Part shown: positions 1 through 11,562 of the stretch, in pieces
Position numbering within the stretch: the first letter of the stretch is position 1
Layout: each line of letters opens with the position of its first letter
Source: Cellvibrionales bacterium
Lineage (GTDB): Bacteria; Pseudomonadota; Gammaproteobacteria; Pseudomonadales; UBA7434
DNA: 64,000 nt
Assembly (NCBI GenBank): GCA_042090785.1
Contig: JBELIP010000004.1
Coordinates: forward strand, 54,045-118,044
Direction: 5' to 3'
The notes under the pieces: generated by a model
Databases searched by the model: none
What the model was told of the DNA's origin: nothing
The model's input: only the letters and a program-made list of their open reading frames with translations
Program-made: the position numbers and the translations under genes

Positions 1-905
1 GTACGTAACATGGCCTCGGTTAAATCCATTAAGTCGTTATAATCGGCATACGCTTGATAAAACTCAATCATAGTGAATTCAGGATTATGACGCGTTGATA
101 AACCTTCGTTACGAAAATTACGGTTAATCTCAAATACACGTTCAAAACCACCGACCACCAAACGCTTCAAGTAGAGTTCGGGAGCGATACGCAAATACAT
201 ATCCATATCGAGCGCATTATGATGCGTAATAAACGGTCTCGCCGTTGCACCACCAGGAATCGCCTGCAACATCGGCGTTTCCACTTCCATAAACTGTCGC
301 TCTACCAAAAACTGGCGAATTTCATTAATAATACGCGAACGCAATGCAAATACATCGCGCACTTCTTCGTTCATAATTAAATCAACATAACGCTGACGAT
401 AGCGAATTTCAGTATCAGCAAGGCCGTGAAATTTATCCGGCAAAGGGCGTAATGATTTAGTTAATAACTTAGCGTCTTCAATATAAACATATAAGTCACC
501 TTTGCCCGATTTATGCACCGGCCCAGAAGCAGACACAATATCGCCAATATCCCAGCTCTTAATTTTTGCGACCAAGTCTTCTGACAATGATTTTTTATCG
601 ACATACAATTGAATGCGGCCAGAAACATCTTGCAACACAATAAACGGGCCGCGCTGATTCATAATACGGCCTGCAACACTGGCAGGACGATTAAGCGCTT
701 CTAATGTTGGTTTATCCTGCTCGCCTAGCTCGGCTTGCAATTCACTGGCAAGACTATCGCGACAAACATCATTAGGAAAAGCAACACCCGCTTCTCGAAT
801 GGTCGCCAACTTAGCACGACGCTCGGCAACAAGTTTATTCTCTTCATTGCTATCTGAAGCGCTACGGGTAGAAGAAGGCGGTGAAGTATCTTGCTTGTCG
901 CTCAT
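1..905 (-). CDS. lysS: lysyl-tRNA synthetase, class II (N-terminal ~301 aa; gene continues beyond the window start)
   Basis: Open at the window edge, so absent from the ORF track. My reverse-strand translation from ATG 905..903 reads MSDKQ... Further in it gives [19 protein letters not shown] and [26 protein letters not shown], which are class II LysRS motifs. It lies directly downstream of prfB, as in the E. coli prfB-lysS operon. Confidence 0.9.
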   Translation of the reverse strand, partial: MSDKQDTSPPSSTRSASDSNEENKLVAERRAKLATIREAGVAFPNDVCRDSLASELQAELGEQDKPTLEALNRPASVAGRIMNQRGPFIVLQDVSGRIQLYVDKKSLSEDLVAKIKSWDIGDIVSASGPVHKSGKGDLYVYIEDAKLLTKSLRPLPDKFHGLADTEIRYRQRYVDLIMNEEVRDVFALRSRIINEIRQFLVERQFMEVETPMLQAIPGGATARPFITHHNALDMDMYLRIAPELYLKRLVVGGFERVFEINRNFRNEGLSTRHNPEFTMIEFYQAYADYNDLMDLTEAMLR

Positions 906-1013
906 AATGCTTGCTCTTGGTTTTTTCTTAAGTGAGAGAAAATTATTAGTTTAACTTATTCGTCAATAGTTAGCGCCACTGCTAAATAACGTCACTATTA
1001 AATAAAGACATTA

Positions 1014-2112
1014 TTAAAGACCCTGCTTTAACGATGCCTCAATAAACTGATCAATATCGCCATCCAATACATTTTGGCAGTTGCTGGTTTGCGTACCCGT
1101 GCGTAAATCTTTAATCCGCTGATCATCTAAAACATAAGATCGAATCTGACTGCCCCAGCCAATATCCGACTTTCCATCTTCTAACGATTGTTTTTCGGCA
1201 TTTAATTTTTGCATTTCCAATTCGTACAGTCTGGCTTTTAACATTTTCCAAGCTTTATCACGGTTTTGATGCTGCGAACGCGCATCCTGACATTGAGCAA
1301 CCGTGCCAGTGGGCACATGCGTTAAACGCACTGCCGAATCGGTTTTATTAACATGCTGGCCACCTGCGCCCGATGCGCGATAGGTATCTGTGCGCACATC
1401 CGACGGATCAATATCGACTTCAATATTTTCATCGACCTCAGGAGAAACAAACACAGATGCAAAAGAAGTATGTCGGCGGCTGCCAGAATCAAAAGGTGAT
1501 TTACGAACTAAGCGATGCACCCCCGTCTCGGTGCGCAACCAACCAAAGGCATACTCACCCTGAAACTGAATGGTTGCACTCTTAATACCCGCAACATCAC
1601 CCGCAGAAGCTTCCATTAAATCGACTTTAAAGCCCTTGGCCTCGCCCCAACGCAAATACATGCGTAACAGCATTTCGGCCCAATCTTGGGCTTCGGTGCC
1701 GCCCGAGCCCGATTGAATATCCAAAAACGCATTATTCGGATCCATTTCACCCGAAAACATCCGGCGAAATTCCAACACCGCCAACAAACTCTCTAATTCA
1801 GCAATTTCAGCATCGACAGATTCCAAGGCCTCAGCATCGTTATCTTCAATCACCATATCGAGTAAGTCTTTTGCGTCGGCAATACCAACGTCAAGCTTAT
1901 CAATAACGCCCACGACACCCTCAAGAGCAGCGCGCTGTTTGCCTAATTGCTGGGCCTTATCAGGGTCATCCCAAACGGCGGGCTCTGCCAGCTCTAATTC
2001 AACCTCAGTCAGCTCTTCTTTCTTGTTCGCATAGTCAAAGATACCCCCTAAGGATATCAACGCGACCCAAAAGATCTTTAAGGCTGGTTTGCTGCGGATT
2101 AGTTTCTAACAT
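1014..2112 (-). CDS. prfB: peptide chain release factor 2, expressed via programmed +1 frameshift
   Basis: The ORF track protein has RF2 motifs (SPF, GGQ in [17 protein letters not shown]). The true ATG is at 2112..2110 and encodes [25 protein letters not shown], then an in-frame TGA at 2037..2035. The +1 frame continues DYANKKEEL... Confidence 0.92.
2034..2049 (-). other. programmed +1 ribosomal frameshift site of prfB (AGGGGG TAT CTT TGA C)
   Basis: The minus-strand sequence AGGGGGTATCTTTGAC was read directly. It matches the E. coli prfB shift cassette: an SD-like AGGGGG, slippery CTT, and a TGA stop followed by C. Confidence 0.9.
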
Positions 2113-2478
2113 TAACGTCGTTTTCTCAGTGCTTTTAATTGATCGCTAACGTTTTGACGGTCATCTAAACGGCAGCAAATCAAACAACAAAATAAAGCGC
2201 AAGATTATACTCAAATGCGCTTGCGGCGGCGAATAATAACTGACATTTGGCCCACACTAAAGCAGATGGTTACCAATCGGAGTAATATCGGACTAATGCA
2301 ACACAAATCACTTGACTCTTATGCTGCAAAATCGACAATAGACGAATGAATAAGGGTCAGCATCAATAGCAACTTAATGATAAAAAAACAGTCTCATGCC
2401 CTTCTTACAAAACAGACGCCATTCAACCATAACGTCTGCTTTAAAAGCATCTAAATTTTTAATTGAGCGAGTCAAACT

Positions 2479-3975
2479 ATGCGTGCCACCCTTAAATCGA
2501 CCAACAATATAGCCACTTTTGCCTGCGACACTTTAGTTATCCCTTTTTATCAAGATTTAAAACTGAATAGCGATAGCCGAGCCATAGACAAAGCCAGCCA
2601 AAAGCAACTGTCTAAATTACTCGCCAGCAATGAATTTAAGGGGAAATCCGGTGAAACCGTCACGCTTCGCTTAGTGGCCGGGGTGAAAGCTCATCGCATT
2701 GTATTGTGGGGCTTAGGCGACAAAGACAAACTTAATCGCCAGGCAATGGCAACAGCATGTGATTCGCTGGCTAAAGTGGTAACTGCGTTATCGGGCAAAC
2801 ATTGTGCAATTCTTGGCGGCTTCAAAACCAACAAAGCCGTACCAAATAGCTGGGCATTACAGCAAATTGCAGCGCGCATTACTCGCAACACCTACTTGTA
2901 CACTACGACAAAGCCAAGCAAAAAAAATCCGGTTACACTAAATCGTATTACCGCAGTCAATGCCGATAACACCGCCGCCAACCGCCAAGCCATAATGCAA
3001 GGCACAGCGATAGGTAAAGGTATTAACATTACTCGCGAACTCGGCAACCTGCCCGGCAACATTTGCACACCTAAATACCTGTCTGGCGAAGCACGTAAAT
3101 TAGGTCGACAACACGCAGCCATAAAAACCACCGTACTCGGTGAAAAACAAATGCAAGCGTTAGGTATGGGCTCACTCCTCTCGGTCGGCACCGGTAGCGC
3201 TGAAGAATCACAGTTAATGATCATCAACTATCAAGGTGGCAAAAAAAGCCAAAAACCCCATGTTTTAGTGGGTAAAGGCATTACCTTCGACTCTGGCGGC
3301 ATTAGCTTAAAACCCGGCGCCAGAATGGATGAAATGAAATTTGATATGTGTGGCGCTGCCAGCGTTATTGGTACGTTGTCTGCCATCGCAGACATGAAGC
3401 TGCCGCTTAACGTAATTGGCGTTATCCCCGCCGCCGAAAACATGCCGTCCAGCAAGGCAACAAAACCTGGCGATATTGTTACCAGCATGTCAGGCAAAAC
3501 CATTGAAGTATTAAATACCGATGCCGAAGGCCGTTTAGTATTATGCGATGCTTTAACCTACGTCGAACGCTTTAAGCCTGAATCCGTAGTTGATATCGCC
3601 ACCTTAACGGGCGCCTGTATTATGGCGTTAGGTCATCATGCAAGTGGTTTATTAAGTAACGACGACGAATTAGCCAATAGCCTGTTAACCGCGGGTACCG
3701 ATAGTGCCGATCGCGCATGGCAGCTACCGCTTTGGGATGTGTACAAAAAACAACTCGACTCACCGTTTGCTGATTTAGGCAATATCGCAGCAGGTGGCGC
3801 AGGCACCGTGACAGCAGCATGCTTTTTATCCGAATTCACCCAAGACTACCGCTGGGCACATTTAGATATTGCCGGCACCGCATGGGGCCAAGCCGGTGGC
3901 AAAGGCGCAAGCGGTCGCCCCGTCGCACTACTGTGTCAGTATTTAATCTCGTTAGCGGGTAAATCCGCCGTTTAA
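2479..3975 (+). CDS. pepA: leucyl aminopeptidase (cytosol aminopeptidase family M17)
   Basis: 498 aa with VGKGITFDSGGISLKP and NTDAEGRLVLCDAL M17 signatures. The pepA-holC-valS order matches enterobacteria and pseudomonads. Confidence 0.93.
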   Translation: MRATLKSTNNIATFACDTLVIPFYQDLKLNSDSRAIDKASQKQLSKLLASNEFKGKSGETVTLRLVAGVKAHRIVLWGLGDKDKLNRQAMATACDSLAKVVTALSGKHCAILGGFKTNKAVPNSWALQQIAARITRNTYLYTTTKPSKKNPVTLNRITAVNADNTAANRQAIMQGTAIGKGINITRELGNLPGNICTPKYLSGEARKLGRQHAAIKTTVLGEKQMQALGMGSLLSVGTGSAEESQLMIINYQGGKKSQKPHVLVGKGITFDSGGISLKPGARMDEMKFDMCGAASVIGTLSAIADMKLPLNVIGVIPAAENMPSSKATKPGDIVTSMSGKTIEVLNTDAEGRLVLCDALTYVERFKPESVVDIATLTGACIMALGHHASGLLSNDDELANSLLTAGTDSADRAWQLPLWDVYKKQLDSPFADLGNIAAGGAGTVTAACFLSEFTQDYRWAHLDIAGTAWGQAGGKGASGRPVALLCQYLISLAGKSAV

Positions 3976-4008
3976 CCGTCGCTCAATGATAAAAAGAATA
4001 AAAACCGC

Positions 4009-4485
4009 ATGACCAAAATTGATTTTTATATTACCAACATCAATACGCTTGATGACTATTTAAACTTTGCTTGTCGATTGACAGAAAAAGCCTATCGTAA
4101 GCAGTGTGATGTCTACCTTCACACTGGTAACGATGAACATATGGCAGCATTAGATAATTTACTTTGGACTTTTAGGCCAAATAGTTTTTTGCCTCATAGC
4201 TCTGAAACTCATTCTGAAAACAGCAGTGACGCAACAGAAAAAAATAATAATGCCATAGCTGAATCCGCGTCAGAGACAGGCGAAATTTTAGTCGCCTGCT
4301 CAGGTGATCCTCGCGAGCACCACGACGTCTTAATTAATCTAACCGAACAAACGCCCGAATTTTTCAGCCGCTTTTCTCGTGTCGCCGAAGTCGTTATGGG
4401 TAACGACGAAGCCAAAAAAAAATCGCGCGAGCGCTACAAATACTATCGTGACCGAGGCTACCCGTTAGAAGTGCATAATCTTTAA
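4009..4485 (+). CDS. holC: DNA polymerase III chi subunit
   Basis: 158 aa. The N-terminus (MTKIDFYI...ACRLTEKAY...LLWTF) is typical of HolC, and the gene sits in the conserved position between pepA and valS. Confidence 0.8.
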   Translation: MTKIDFYITNINTLDDYLNFACRLTEKAYRKQCDVYLHTGNDEHMAALDNLLWTFRPNSFLPHSSETHSENSSDATEKNNNAIAESASETGEILVACSGDPREHHDVLINLTEQTPEFFSRFSRVAEVVMGNDEAKKKSRERYKYYRDRGYPLEVHNL

Positions 4486-4643
4486 TGTAAAGATTAAAAA
4501 ACGCCCTCTACTCACCATAATTCACCCCCTTCTCGGCTAACACCAATAAGCAATCTAGGTTAGAATTCCCCGCTTAATTGTATTAATCAGCGGCTACCGC
4601 AAGCTAAGGCGGCGCTTTCAACTATAGAGTCAGATTATTTACC

Positions 4644-7532
4644 ATGGATAAAACGTTTCAACCGCAAGACATCGAGCAACGCTGGTATAAACGCTGGGAA
4701 GAAAAAGGCTATTTTGAGCCTAATATGAATACTGCAAGCGAGGCACAAGACCCTTTTTGCATAATGATTCCCCCGCCCAATGTCACCGGCAGCCTGCATA
4801 TGGGCCATGCCTTTCAACATACGATTATGGATGCACTGACTCGCTACCAACGTATGAACGAAAAAACCACCTTATGGCAAGTGGGCACCGACCATGCGGG
4901 CATCGCCACGCAAATGGTAGTAGAAAGAAAACTCGCTGCCGAAAGCAATCAAACACGCCATGATTTAGGCCGGGATGCCTTTATTGAAAAAATTTGGGAA
5001 TGGAAAAAGTCATCAGGCGGCACGATCACCCAACAAATGCGCCGACTCGGTAACTCCGTCGACTGGCCAACTGAGCGCTTTACGATGGACGATGGTTTTT
5101 ATGCCGCCGTTCAACAGGCGTTTATCCAATTACACGAACAAAAACTCATTTACCGTGGCAAACGCCTCGTTAACTGGGACCCAAAATTACAAACAGCCAT
5201 CTCTGACCTAGAAGTTGAAAACAAAGACGTTAAAGGCAATATGTGGCATTTGCGCTACCCGCTAGCCGATGGCGCCCTCACAGCCGATGGCAAAGATTAT
5301 TTGATAGTTGCTACTACACGCCCAGAAACCTTACTCGGTGATAGCGGCGTTGCCGTTAACCCTAATGATCCACGCTATCAAGATCTTATCGGCAAACACA
5401 TAACATTACCGTTAGTGAACCGTCGTATTCCTATTGTTGGCGATGAACATGCCGATATGGAAAAAGGCACCGGCTGCGTAAAAATAACGCCAGCCCATGA
5501 TTTTAATGACTATGAAGTCGGCAAGCGTAATCAGCTCGCGTTAATTAATATCCTTACCCGCGATGGCGCCATTCGCAACATAGCCGAAGTGTTTGATAGC
5601 GAAGGCAAAGTATCAAACCAATACAATGGCAGCCTTCCTAAAAACTATGCAGGCCTCGATCGCTTTGCTGCCCGTAAAGCCGTACTGGCCGATATCGAAG
5701 CACTCGGCCTACTCGACGAAATTAAACCGCATGATTTATCGGTACCTTATGGTGACCGCAGTAATGTCGTTATTGAACCCATGCTTACCGACCAATGGTA
5801 TGTGGATGCAAAAACACTGGCCAAACCTGCAATAGAAGCAGTAGAAAATGGCTCGGTAGAATTTGTACCTAAGCAATATGAGAACATGTATTTTTCATGG
5901 ATGCGCGACATTCAAGACTGGTGTATTTCGCGTCAACTTTGGTGGGGCCACCGCATCCCTGCTTGGTACGATGCGCAAGGCAACGTTTATGTAGGTCTTG
6001 ATGAAGACGATGTTAGACAAAAACATGCGCTCGCTAACGATATTACGCTATCTCAAGATAACGATGTGCTCGACACTTGGTTCAGTTCTGCACTTTGGAG
6101 CTTCGCAACGCTAGGCTGGCCAGAAACAACAGAACGCTTAAAATTATTTCACCCAACCAGCGTATTAGTGACTGGTTTTGACATTATCTTCTTTTGGGTT
6201 GCCCGAATGATGATGATGACAATGCACTTTATAAAAGACGAAAACAGCAAACCACAAGTGCCATTTAAAACAGTTTATGTCACCGGTCTTATTCGTGATG
6301 AGCAAGGGCAGAAAATGTCTAAATCGAAGGGTAATGTACTTGACCCCTTAGATATGATTGATGGCATATCGCTAGACGACTTATTAGCTAAGCGTACTGG
6401 CAATATGATGCAACCAAAGCAGCAAGAAAAAATTGGCAAACGCACGCAAAAAGAATTTCCCGAAGGTATAGCCGCTCACGGCACCGATGCGCTGCGATTT
6501 ACACTAGCCGCCCTCGCCTCTACCGGTAGAGATATTAACTGGGATATGAATCGCCTAGAAGGCTACCGTAACTTCTGTAATAAAATATGGAATGCCGCGC
6601 GTTATGTCTTAATGAATATCGAAAATAAAGACTGCGGAGAAAACGCCACAGAATCTGGCTATGAATTATCGTTAGCGGATCGTTGGATTATTAGCAAACT
6701 GCAGCATGCCGAAACGGATATTCGTAAACACTTTGATGAGTATCGTTTTGACTTAGCCAGCCAAGCGCTTTATGACTTTATTTGGAATGAATACTGCGAT
6801 TGGTATCTTGAGCTTTCAAAAGCATTATTAACCGATGGAAATACCAGCGAAGTGCAACTTATAGGCACGCGCCGCACTTTAGTTCGCGTGTTAGAAACTA
6901 TTTTACGCTTAGCCCACCCCATAATGCCTTATATCACCGAAGAAATTTGGCAAACCATTGCGCCTTATGCTGGCATAAAAGACCAAGGTGACAAGCACAG
7001 TATTATGTTGCAAGCCTACCCGTTAGCCGATGCCATCAAAATAGACCAAGCTGCGCTAGATGATATTGAATGGGTAAAAGCCGTTATTATTGGTGTGCGT
7101 AATATTCGTGGCGAAATGAATATTTCACCTGCAAAAGCGTTACCGTTATTTTTTAGTCACGGTAGCCAGCAAGATAAAACGCGACTAGCGAATGGCGAGC
7201 AATTAATTCAATCACTCGCCAAAGTCGAAAGCATTACATGGTTAAACGCTAACGATGAAGCACCGGCTTCAGCAACCCAGCTAGTGGGCGAGTTAGAAAT
7301 CATGGTACCGCTAGCAGGCTTTATTGATAAAGATGCAGAAATAGCACGACTCGATAAAGAAATTGCCAAACTAGATAAAGAGGTAGGTCGTTTAAGTGGC
7401 AAGCTTAATAACAGCGGTTTTATTGATAAAGCCCCCGAAGATGTGGTCGCCAAAGAGCAGCAGAAGCTAGCTGATGCTAATGATGCAAAACAGCGTTTGC
7501 AGAATCAAAAACAGCAGCTCGACGAACTTTAA
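4644..7532 (+). CDS. valS: valyl-tRNA synthetase
   Basis: 962 aa with the class I motifs [13 protein letters not shown] and KMSKSKGN, plus the C-terminal coiled coil typical of ValRS. Confidence 0.95.
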   Translation: MDKTFQPQDIEQRWYKRWEEKGYFEPNMNTASEAQDPFCIMIPPPNVTGSLHMGHAFQHTIMDALTRYQRMNEKTTLWQVGTDHAGIATQMVVERKLAAESNQTRHDLGRDAFIEKIWEWKKSSGGTITQQMRRLGNSVDWPTERFTMDDGFYAAVQQAFIQLHEQKLIYRGKRLVNWDPKLQTAISDLEVENKDVKGNMWHLRYPLADGALTADGKDYLIVATTRPETLLGDSGVAVNPNDPRYQDLIGKHITLPLVNRRIPIVGDEHADMEKGTGCVKITPAHDFNDYEVGKRNQLALINILTRDGAIRNIAEVFDSEGKVSNQYNGSLPKNYAGLDRFAARKAVLADIEALGLLDEIKPHDLSVPYGDRSNVVIEPMLTDQWYVDAKTLAKPAIEAVENGSVEFVPKQYENMYFSWMRDIQDWCISRQLWWGHRIPAWYDAQGNVYVGLDEDDVRQKHALANDITLSQDNDVLDTWFSSALWSFATLGWPETTERLKLFHPTSVLVTGFDIIFFWVARMMMMTMHFIKDENSKPQVPFKTVYVTGLIRDEQGQKMSKSKGNVLDPLDMIDGISLDDLLAKRTGNMMQPKQQEKIGKRTQKEFPEGIAAHGTDALRFTLAALASTGRDINWDMNRLEGYRNFCNKIWNAARYVLMNIENKDCGENATESGYELSLADRWIISKLQHAETDIRKHFDEYRFDLASQALYDFIWNEYCDWYLELSKALLTDGNTSEVQLIGTRRTLVRVLETILRLAHPIMPYITEEIWQTIAPYAGIKDQGDKHSIMLQAYPLADAIKIDQAALDDIEWVKAVIIGVRNIRGEMNISPAKALPLFFSHGSQQDKTRLANGEQLIQSLAKVESITWLNANDEAPASATQLVGELEIMVPLAGFIDKDAEIARLDKEIAKLDKEVGRLSGKLNNSGFIDKAPEDVVAKEQQKLADANDAKQRLQNQKQQLDEL

Positions 7533-7540
7533 ACGCCGTC

Positions 7541-8491
7541 TTAACCGAGATCGAGGACATCAATGGTGTTCTCGATTTTTCCCTTTTCAATTTTTCCTAG
7601 CGATCGATCAATAGCAAGATTTTTAAAATCAAACAACTCACCGTCGGCAAGTTGCGAAGGCGCAACATTAGTAATAGCGCCAAAGATACTTTCAATCCGA
7701 CCTGGATATTGCTTTTGCCAACCATTAAGCATGGCCTTAATAGACTGACGCTGTAAATTTTCTTGTGAGCCACATAAATTACAAGGAATAATAGGAAACG
7801 CTTTATGTTCCGCGTAACTCACCAAATCGCTTTCTTTACAATACGCCAACGGGCGAATAACAACATTGCGTTTATCATCACTAAGCAACTTAGGCGGCAT
7901 AGCCTTAAGCGCGCCGCCGTAAAATAAATTTAAAAATAACGTTTCAATAATATCGTCGCGATGGTGCCCCAAAGCAATTTTGTTAGCGCCAATTTCTTCG
8001 GCAAAACCATACAAATTACCCCGTCGCAAACGCGAACAAAGGCCACAAGTTGTTTTACCTTCAGGGATCACCGACTTAACAATACTGTAAGTATCTTTTT
8101 CTAAGATATGAAACGGCACACCCAGCTCAGTTAAATAAGCGGGCAGCACCTCTTCGGGATAATCCGGCTGTTTTTGGTCGAGATTAACCGCGATTAACTC
8201 AAATTGAATAGGTGCACTACGCTGTAAATTCAACAGAATATCGAGCATGGCATATGAATCTTTACCGCCAGACAAACACACCATGACCTTATCGCCATCC
8301 TCGATCATATTAAAATCATCGATAGCACGACCAACATTACGGCGTAAGCGCTTATGCAGCTTATTAAATTCCGTCCGTGAACGAGGCGTTAAGCCCTCCA
8401 CGCGATCAAATGCCGAATGCTCAACAGCATCAGCAGCAGAATCAACAGGCGGTTGAGCCGAGGGTGTAAACAGCGGATTTTTATCTAACAT
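7541..8491 (-). CDS. ttcA: tRNA 2-thiocytidine(32) synthetase
   Basis: 316 aa with the PP-loop CLSGGKDS and the [10 protein letters not shown] / CNLCGSQ cysteine motifs characteristic of TtcA. Confidence 0.88.
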   Translation of the reverse strand: MLDKNPLFTPSAQPPVDSAADAVEHSAFDRVEGLTPRSRTEFNKLHKRLRRNVGRAIDDFNMIEDGDKVMVCLSGGKDSYAMLDILLNLQRSAPIQFELIAVNLDQKQPDYPEEVLPAYLTELGVPFHILEKDTYSIVKSVIPEGKTTCGLCSRLRRGNLYGFAEEIGANKIALGHHRDDIIETLFLNLFYGGALKAMPPKLLSDDKRNVVIRPLAYCKESDLVSYAEHKAFPIIPCNLCGSQENLQRQSIKAMLNGWQKQYPGRIESIFGAITNVAPSQLADGELFDFKNLAIDRSLGKIEKGKIENTIDVLDLG

Positions 8492-8702
8492 AATCGATTA
8501 TCTGTGAGTATTACTTCGGTTGAGCCCTGAATGGCGGGCATTGTAAGGGATTTATGGCCAAATCCCAAAGTGAGATGAAGAGCGAACGTAATATATGCTG
8601 AGTTTGGCGCGAAATCGTATAGCTTTTCGAGTGGACCACGCATAAAATGCCGCCTGCAATATTGCGTGCGTGTTTATTACTTTTGATCACAGGAAATTGA
8701 AG

Positions 8703-9683
8703 ATGAAACCAGCTGTTAAAGTCACCGTTACCGGCGGCGCCGGCCAAATCAGTTACGGCCTACTTTTTCGCATAGCCTCTGGCGCTATGTTGGGTGAAGA
8801 TCAACCCATTATTCTACAACTGCTTGAAATTACACCAGCTTTAGATGCGCTTAAAGGCGTAGCGATGGAGCTAGATGACTGTGCATTTCCTCTATTAGAA
8901 AGCATTGTATGTACTGACGATGCTAACGTTGCGTTTAAAGACAGCGATTACGCCCTCCTCGTTGGCGCACGCCCACGCGGCCCGGGTATGGAGCGTAAAG
9001 ACTTGCTTGAAGCCAATGCCGCCATTTTCTCGGCACAAGGTAAAGCCATTAACGCCGTTGCTAGCCGCGACATTAAAGTATTGGTTGTTGGTAACCCAGC
9101 AAACACTAATGCATTAATTGCTCAACGCAATGCACCCGATATAGACCCTCGTAACTTTACTGCGATGACACGTCTTGATCACAACCGAGCCATGACACAG
9201 TTAGCGCAAAAAACCGGTAATGCGGTTTCTGCTGTCACGCATATGACCATTTGGGGTAATCACTCAGCGACACAGTACCCTGATTTATTCCACGCTAAAG
9301 TGAATGGTGAGTCGGCGACCGACTTAATTGATCAGGCTTGGTACAAAGAAACATTTATACCTGAAGTACAACAACGTGGTGCCGCCATTATTGCCGCACG
9401 CGGTGCATCAAGTGCAGCTTCAGCAGCCAATGCGGCTATTGACCATATGCGTACTTGGGCATTGGGCAGCGCTGCAAACGATTGGGTGAGTATGGGTATT
9501 TACAGTGATGGTAGTTATGGTATCGCTGAGGGTTTAATTTATTCGTTTCCTGTGACTTGTAGCAATGGTGATTGGGCTATTGTGCAGGGGCTTGAGATTG
9601 ATGCTTTTAGCCAAGAGAAGATGGATGCCACTGAGAAGGAGTTAACGGAAGAGCGTGATGCGGTTCAGCATTTGCTTCCTTAA
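8703..9683 (+). CDS. mdh: malate dehydrogenase (LDH-like MDH family)
   Basis: The ORF opens at GTG 8670, but ATG 8703 is preceded by AGGAAA and gives [18 protein letters not shown], the Rossmann GxGxxG. The remainder is MDH-like ([13 protein letters not shown]). Confidence 0.9.
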   Translation: MKPAVKVTVTGGAGQISYGLLFRIASGAMLGEDQPIILQLLEITPALDALKGVAMELDDCAFPLLESIVCTDDANVAFKDSDYALLVGARPRGPGMERKDLLEANAAIFSAQGKAINAVASRDIKVLVVGNPANTNALIAQRNAPDIDPRNFTAMTRLDHNRAMTQLAQKTGNAVSAVTHMTIWGNHSATQYPDLFHAKVNGESATDLIDQAWYKETFIPEVQQRGAAIIAARGASSAASAANAAIDHMRTWALGSAANDWVSMGIYSDGSYGIAEGLIYSFPVTCSNGDWAIVQGLEIDAFSQEKMDATEKELTEERDAVQHLLP

Positions 9684-9706
9684 TTTTTTTGTTAGTTAAA
9701 AATCTG

Positions 9707-9741
9707 GGCAGATTGCGGTTTTCGTAATCTGCCTTTTTTTT
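9707..9741 (+). terminator. rho-independent terminator after mdh
   Basis: The stem GGCAGATT (9707..9714) pairs with AATCTGCC (9726..9733) and is followed by a run of 8 T. Confidence 0.8.
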
Positions 9742-9959
9742 GGGTTTGGATTTAAGTTCAACCCATAATATCCTTATCAAATAGTCACTTAGCCCCTAAT
9801 ATCAAAAAAAGACCTTATAGCCCTCTAGCTCAACTAACAGATTATTCAAGTGAATTAGAAAATAAATAAAAAATAAATAAATGGTTAATTCCAGCATAAG
9901 AGCTATAAATAAATAACAACAAAAATAAATAACGCACTTAAGAATTAACAACAACCATT

Positions 9960-10508
9960 ATGATAAAAAATATTTTAGCGCTAGCCAGCGTATTGCTCTT
10001 TGTTAACACTGCATATGCCGCGCATACCACTGTATCAGCAATACAAACCCAAACCGTTGATTTTCAAGACTTCGCATTAAGTTTAAATGCAAGCAATCAT
10101 CAGTCTGGCTCTGCAAGCTTTATGACCGTCACCTTTCAGGGTGAACTAAATACAAGTGACACAGAAAACACCACAAATATTATTGTTGATGGTACTAACT
10201 ACGGCACATTTAATAACACCTCAGCAGAAGTATATAACGTCGTTGCTTGGAGTAATGACAGTTACTTAATGAGCGTTGATTTTTTTATTAACTCTCAATC
10301 AACCGCAAACTATTTATCTGACGGCAAAGTAAATGTTGATGTTAACTTTAATGATGAAAGCTATAACAGTAGCAATGCTTCATGGGCAAACTCGCCTTAT
10401 ACTGCTGTAAACTTTACATATAACCAATCGGCTGTTGTACCAATACCTGCAACTGCCTGGTTGTTTGGTTCGGCTATACTGGCATTAGCCGTTATTCGTC
10501 GAAAATAA
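9960..10508 (+). CDS. secreted protein with VPLPA/PEP-CTERM-type C-terminal sorting signal
   Basis: Has an N-terminal signal peptide (MIKNILALASVLLFVNTAYA). The C-terminus, VPIPATAWLFGSAILALAVIRRK, is a motif plus TM helix plus basic tail, as in exosortase-sorted proteins. The Asn/Ser/Thr-rich body has no recognisable domain. Confidence 0.6.
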   Translation: MIKNILALASVLLFVNTAYAAHTTVSAIQTQTVDFQDFALSLNASNHQSGSASFMTVTFQGELNTSDTENTTNIIVDGTNYGTFNNTSAEVYNVVAWSNDSYLMSVDFFINSQSTANYLSDGKVNVDVNFNDESYNSSNASWANSPYTAVNFTYNQSAVVPIPATAWLFGSAILALAVIRRK

Positions 10509-10530
10509 AAAAGGTAATAACTGTTTAAAA

Positions 10531-10788
10531 TTATAGGTTAAGACGCTTTAAAGCATACTCAATGAGATCTTGATCTTGGCTCAATGCATTTCTCGCTAAT
10601 ACTTTTATCCGCTCTACCAAAATCGCATAGTCGTCCGGCAATAATTCTGCCTGTTGTGCCAATTCAATACACTCAAATATTAATAGCCATTCATCAGAAC
10701 AACATTCTGCCACCTGACTAATAACACGCTGAATCACTCGCTGTTGTTCTTCGCAAAAATTATTAGTTGTAATAGCAACTATTACCAT
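10531..10788 (-). CDS. hypothetical acidic 85-aa protein (uncertain gene)
   Basis: ORF only, with no recognisable motif. Its start is only 14 nt from the divergent marR start, leaving no room for promoters. Confidence 0.3.
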   Translation of the reverse strand: MVIVAITTNNFCEEQQRVIQRVISQVAECCSDEWLLIFECIELAQQAELLPDDYAILVERIKVLARNALSQDQDLIEYALKRLNL

Positions 10789-10802
10789 TTAGGGTTTGTT
10801 TT

Positions 10803-11261
10803 ATGAGTAAAACAATAAAACAGCGAAAAATAATTACACTAGAGCGCTACCTGCCCTACCGTTTATCTATTTTATCGAACAAGGTGAGCGGTATTATTGC
10901 TGAGACCTATAAACATAAATTTGGCCTATCAATTACCGAGTGGCGAATTATGGCGGTATTAGGTGAGTACCCAAACGCTTCTGCAGATGAAGTTTCAAGT
11001 AGAACACAAATTGAAAAGTCGATTCTTAGCCGCGCAATTAGTAAATTATTACAACGAAAGTTAATTGAGCGAGCTTTTGATGCCGATGATAAACGTCGCT
11101 CTATTTTGAGCTTAACTAAGACAGGGCTATCGGTGTATGACGAAATGGTGCCGATTTCTTATGATTATGAAAAACGCATGCTTAAGTGCTTTAATCAAAG
11201 CGAGCGTAAAGTATTTAGTGAAATGATTGATCGTTTATATGGTTATGCTGATAAAGAATAA
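10803..11261 (+). CDS. MarR-family transcriptional regulator
   Basis: 152 aa with winged-helix region features (ITEWRIMAVLGEYPNASADEVSSRTQIEKSILSRAISKLLQRKLIER...DKRRSILSLTKTG). Confidence 0.8.
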   Translation: MSKTIKQRKIITLERYLPYRLSILSNKVSGIIAETYKHKFGLSITEWRIMAVLGEYPNASADEVSSRTQIEKSILSRAISKLLQRKLIERAFDADDKRRSILSLTKTGLSVYDEMVPISYDYEKRMLKCFNQSERKVFSEMIDRLYGYADKE

Positions 11262-11269
11262 AATGAGGT

Positions 11270-11359
11270 TAACGAACAAACCGATCTCTTCAACGATAAA
11301 TAAAAAAGGCCACCTATAAACACTGGCGGCCTTTTTTATTTATGGTCGGGACGACAGGA
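11270..11359. repeat. 90-bp direct repeat, copy A (terminator plus a 14-nt copy of the tRNA-Pro 3' end)
   Basis: Identical base for base to 11473..11562 (offset 203 nt). Contains the hairpin GGCCACC...GGCGGCC with flanking A and T runs, plus TGGTCGGGACGACAGGA, which is the reverse complement of the tRNA 3' end. Confidence 0.9.
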
Positions 11360-11472
11360 GTGAATTAATCCAGCCTCAGGGCTGTATTAACCCCTTCGGG
11401 GCTTCGCGCTTCGCGCTCGTTGGTGATTGCTCCGCAATCGCTGAACCTTTAGTACGCTCGGCTTCGCCTCTC

Positions 11473-11562
11473 TAACGAACAAACCGATCTCTTCAACGAT
11501 AAATAAAAAAGGCCACCTATAAACACTGGCGGCCTTTTTTATTTATGGTCGGGACGACAGGA
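11473..11562. repeat. 90-bp direct repeat, copy B (overlaps the 3' end of the intact tRNA-Pro)
   Basis: See copy A. The two copies are separated by a 113-nt GC-richer spacer (11360..11472) containing small hairpins, such as CCCC-TTCG-GGGG. Confidence 0.9.

Noticed and set aside
11360-11472. The 113-nt insert between the 90-bp repeats, considered as a degenerate tRNA or tRNA-like gene. It has a GCCGAGCG D-arm-like string and a CCCC-GAAG-GGGG variable-arm-like hairpin.
   Set aside because: No 5' acceptor strand complementary to the adjacent CGTCCCG 3' fragment exists. The putative anticodon hairpin has only a 3-nt loop, and there is no T-loop consensus. It does not fold as a tRNA.
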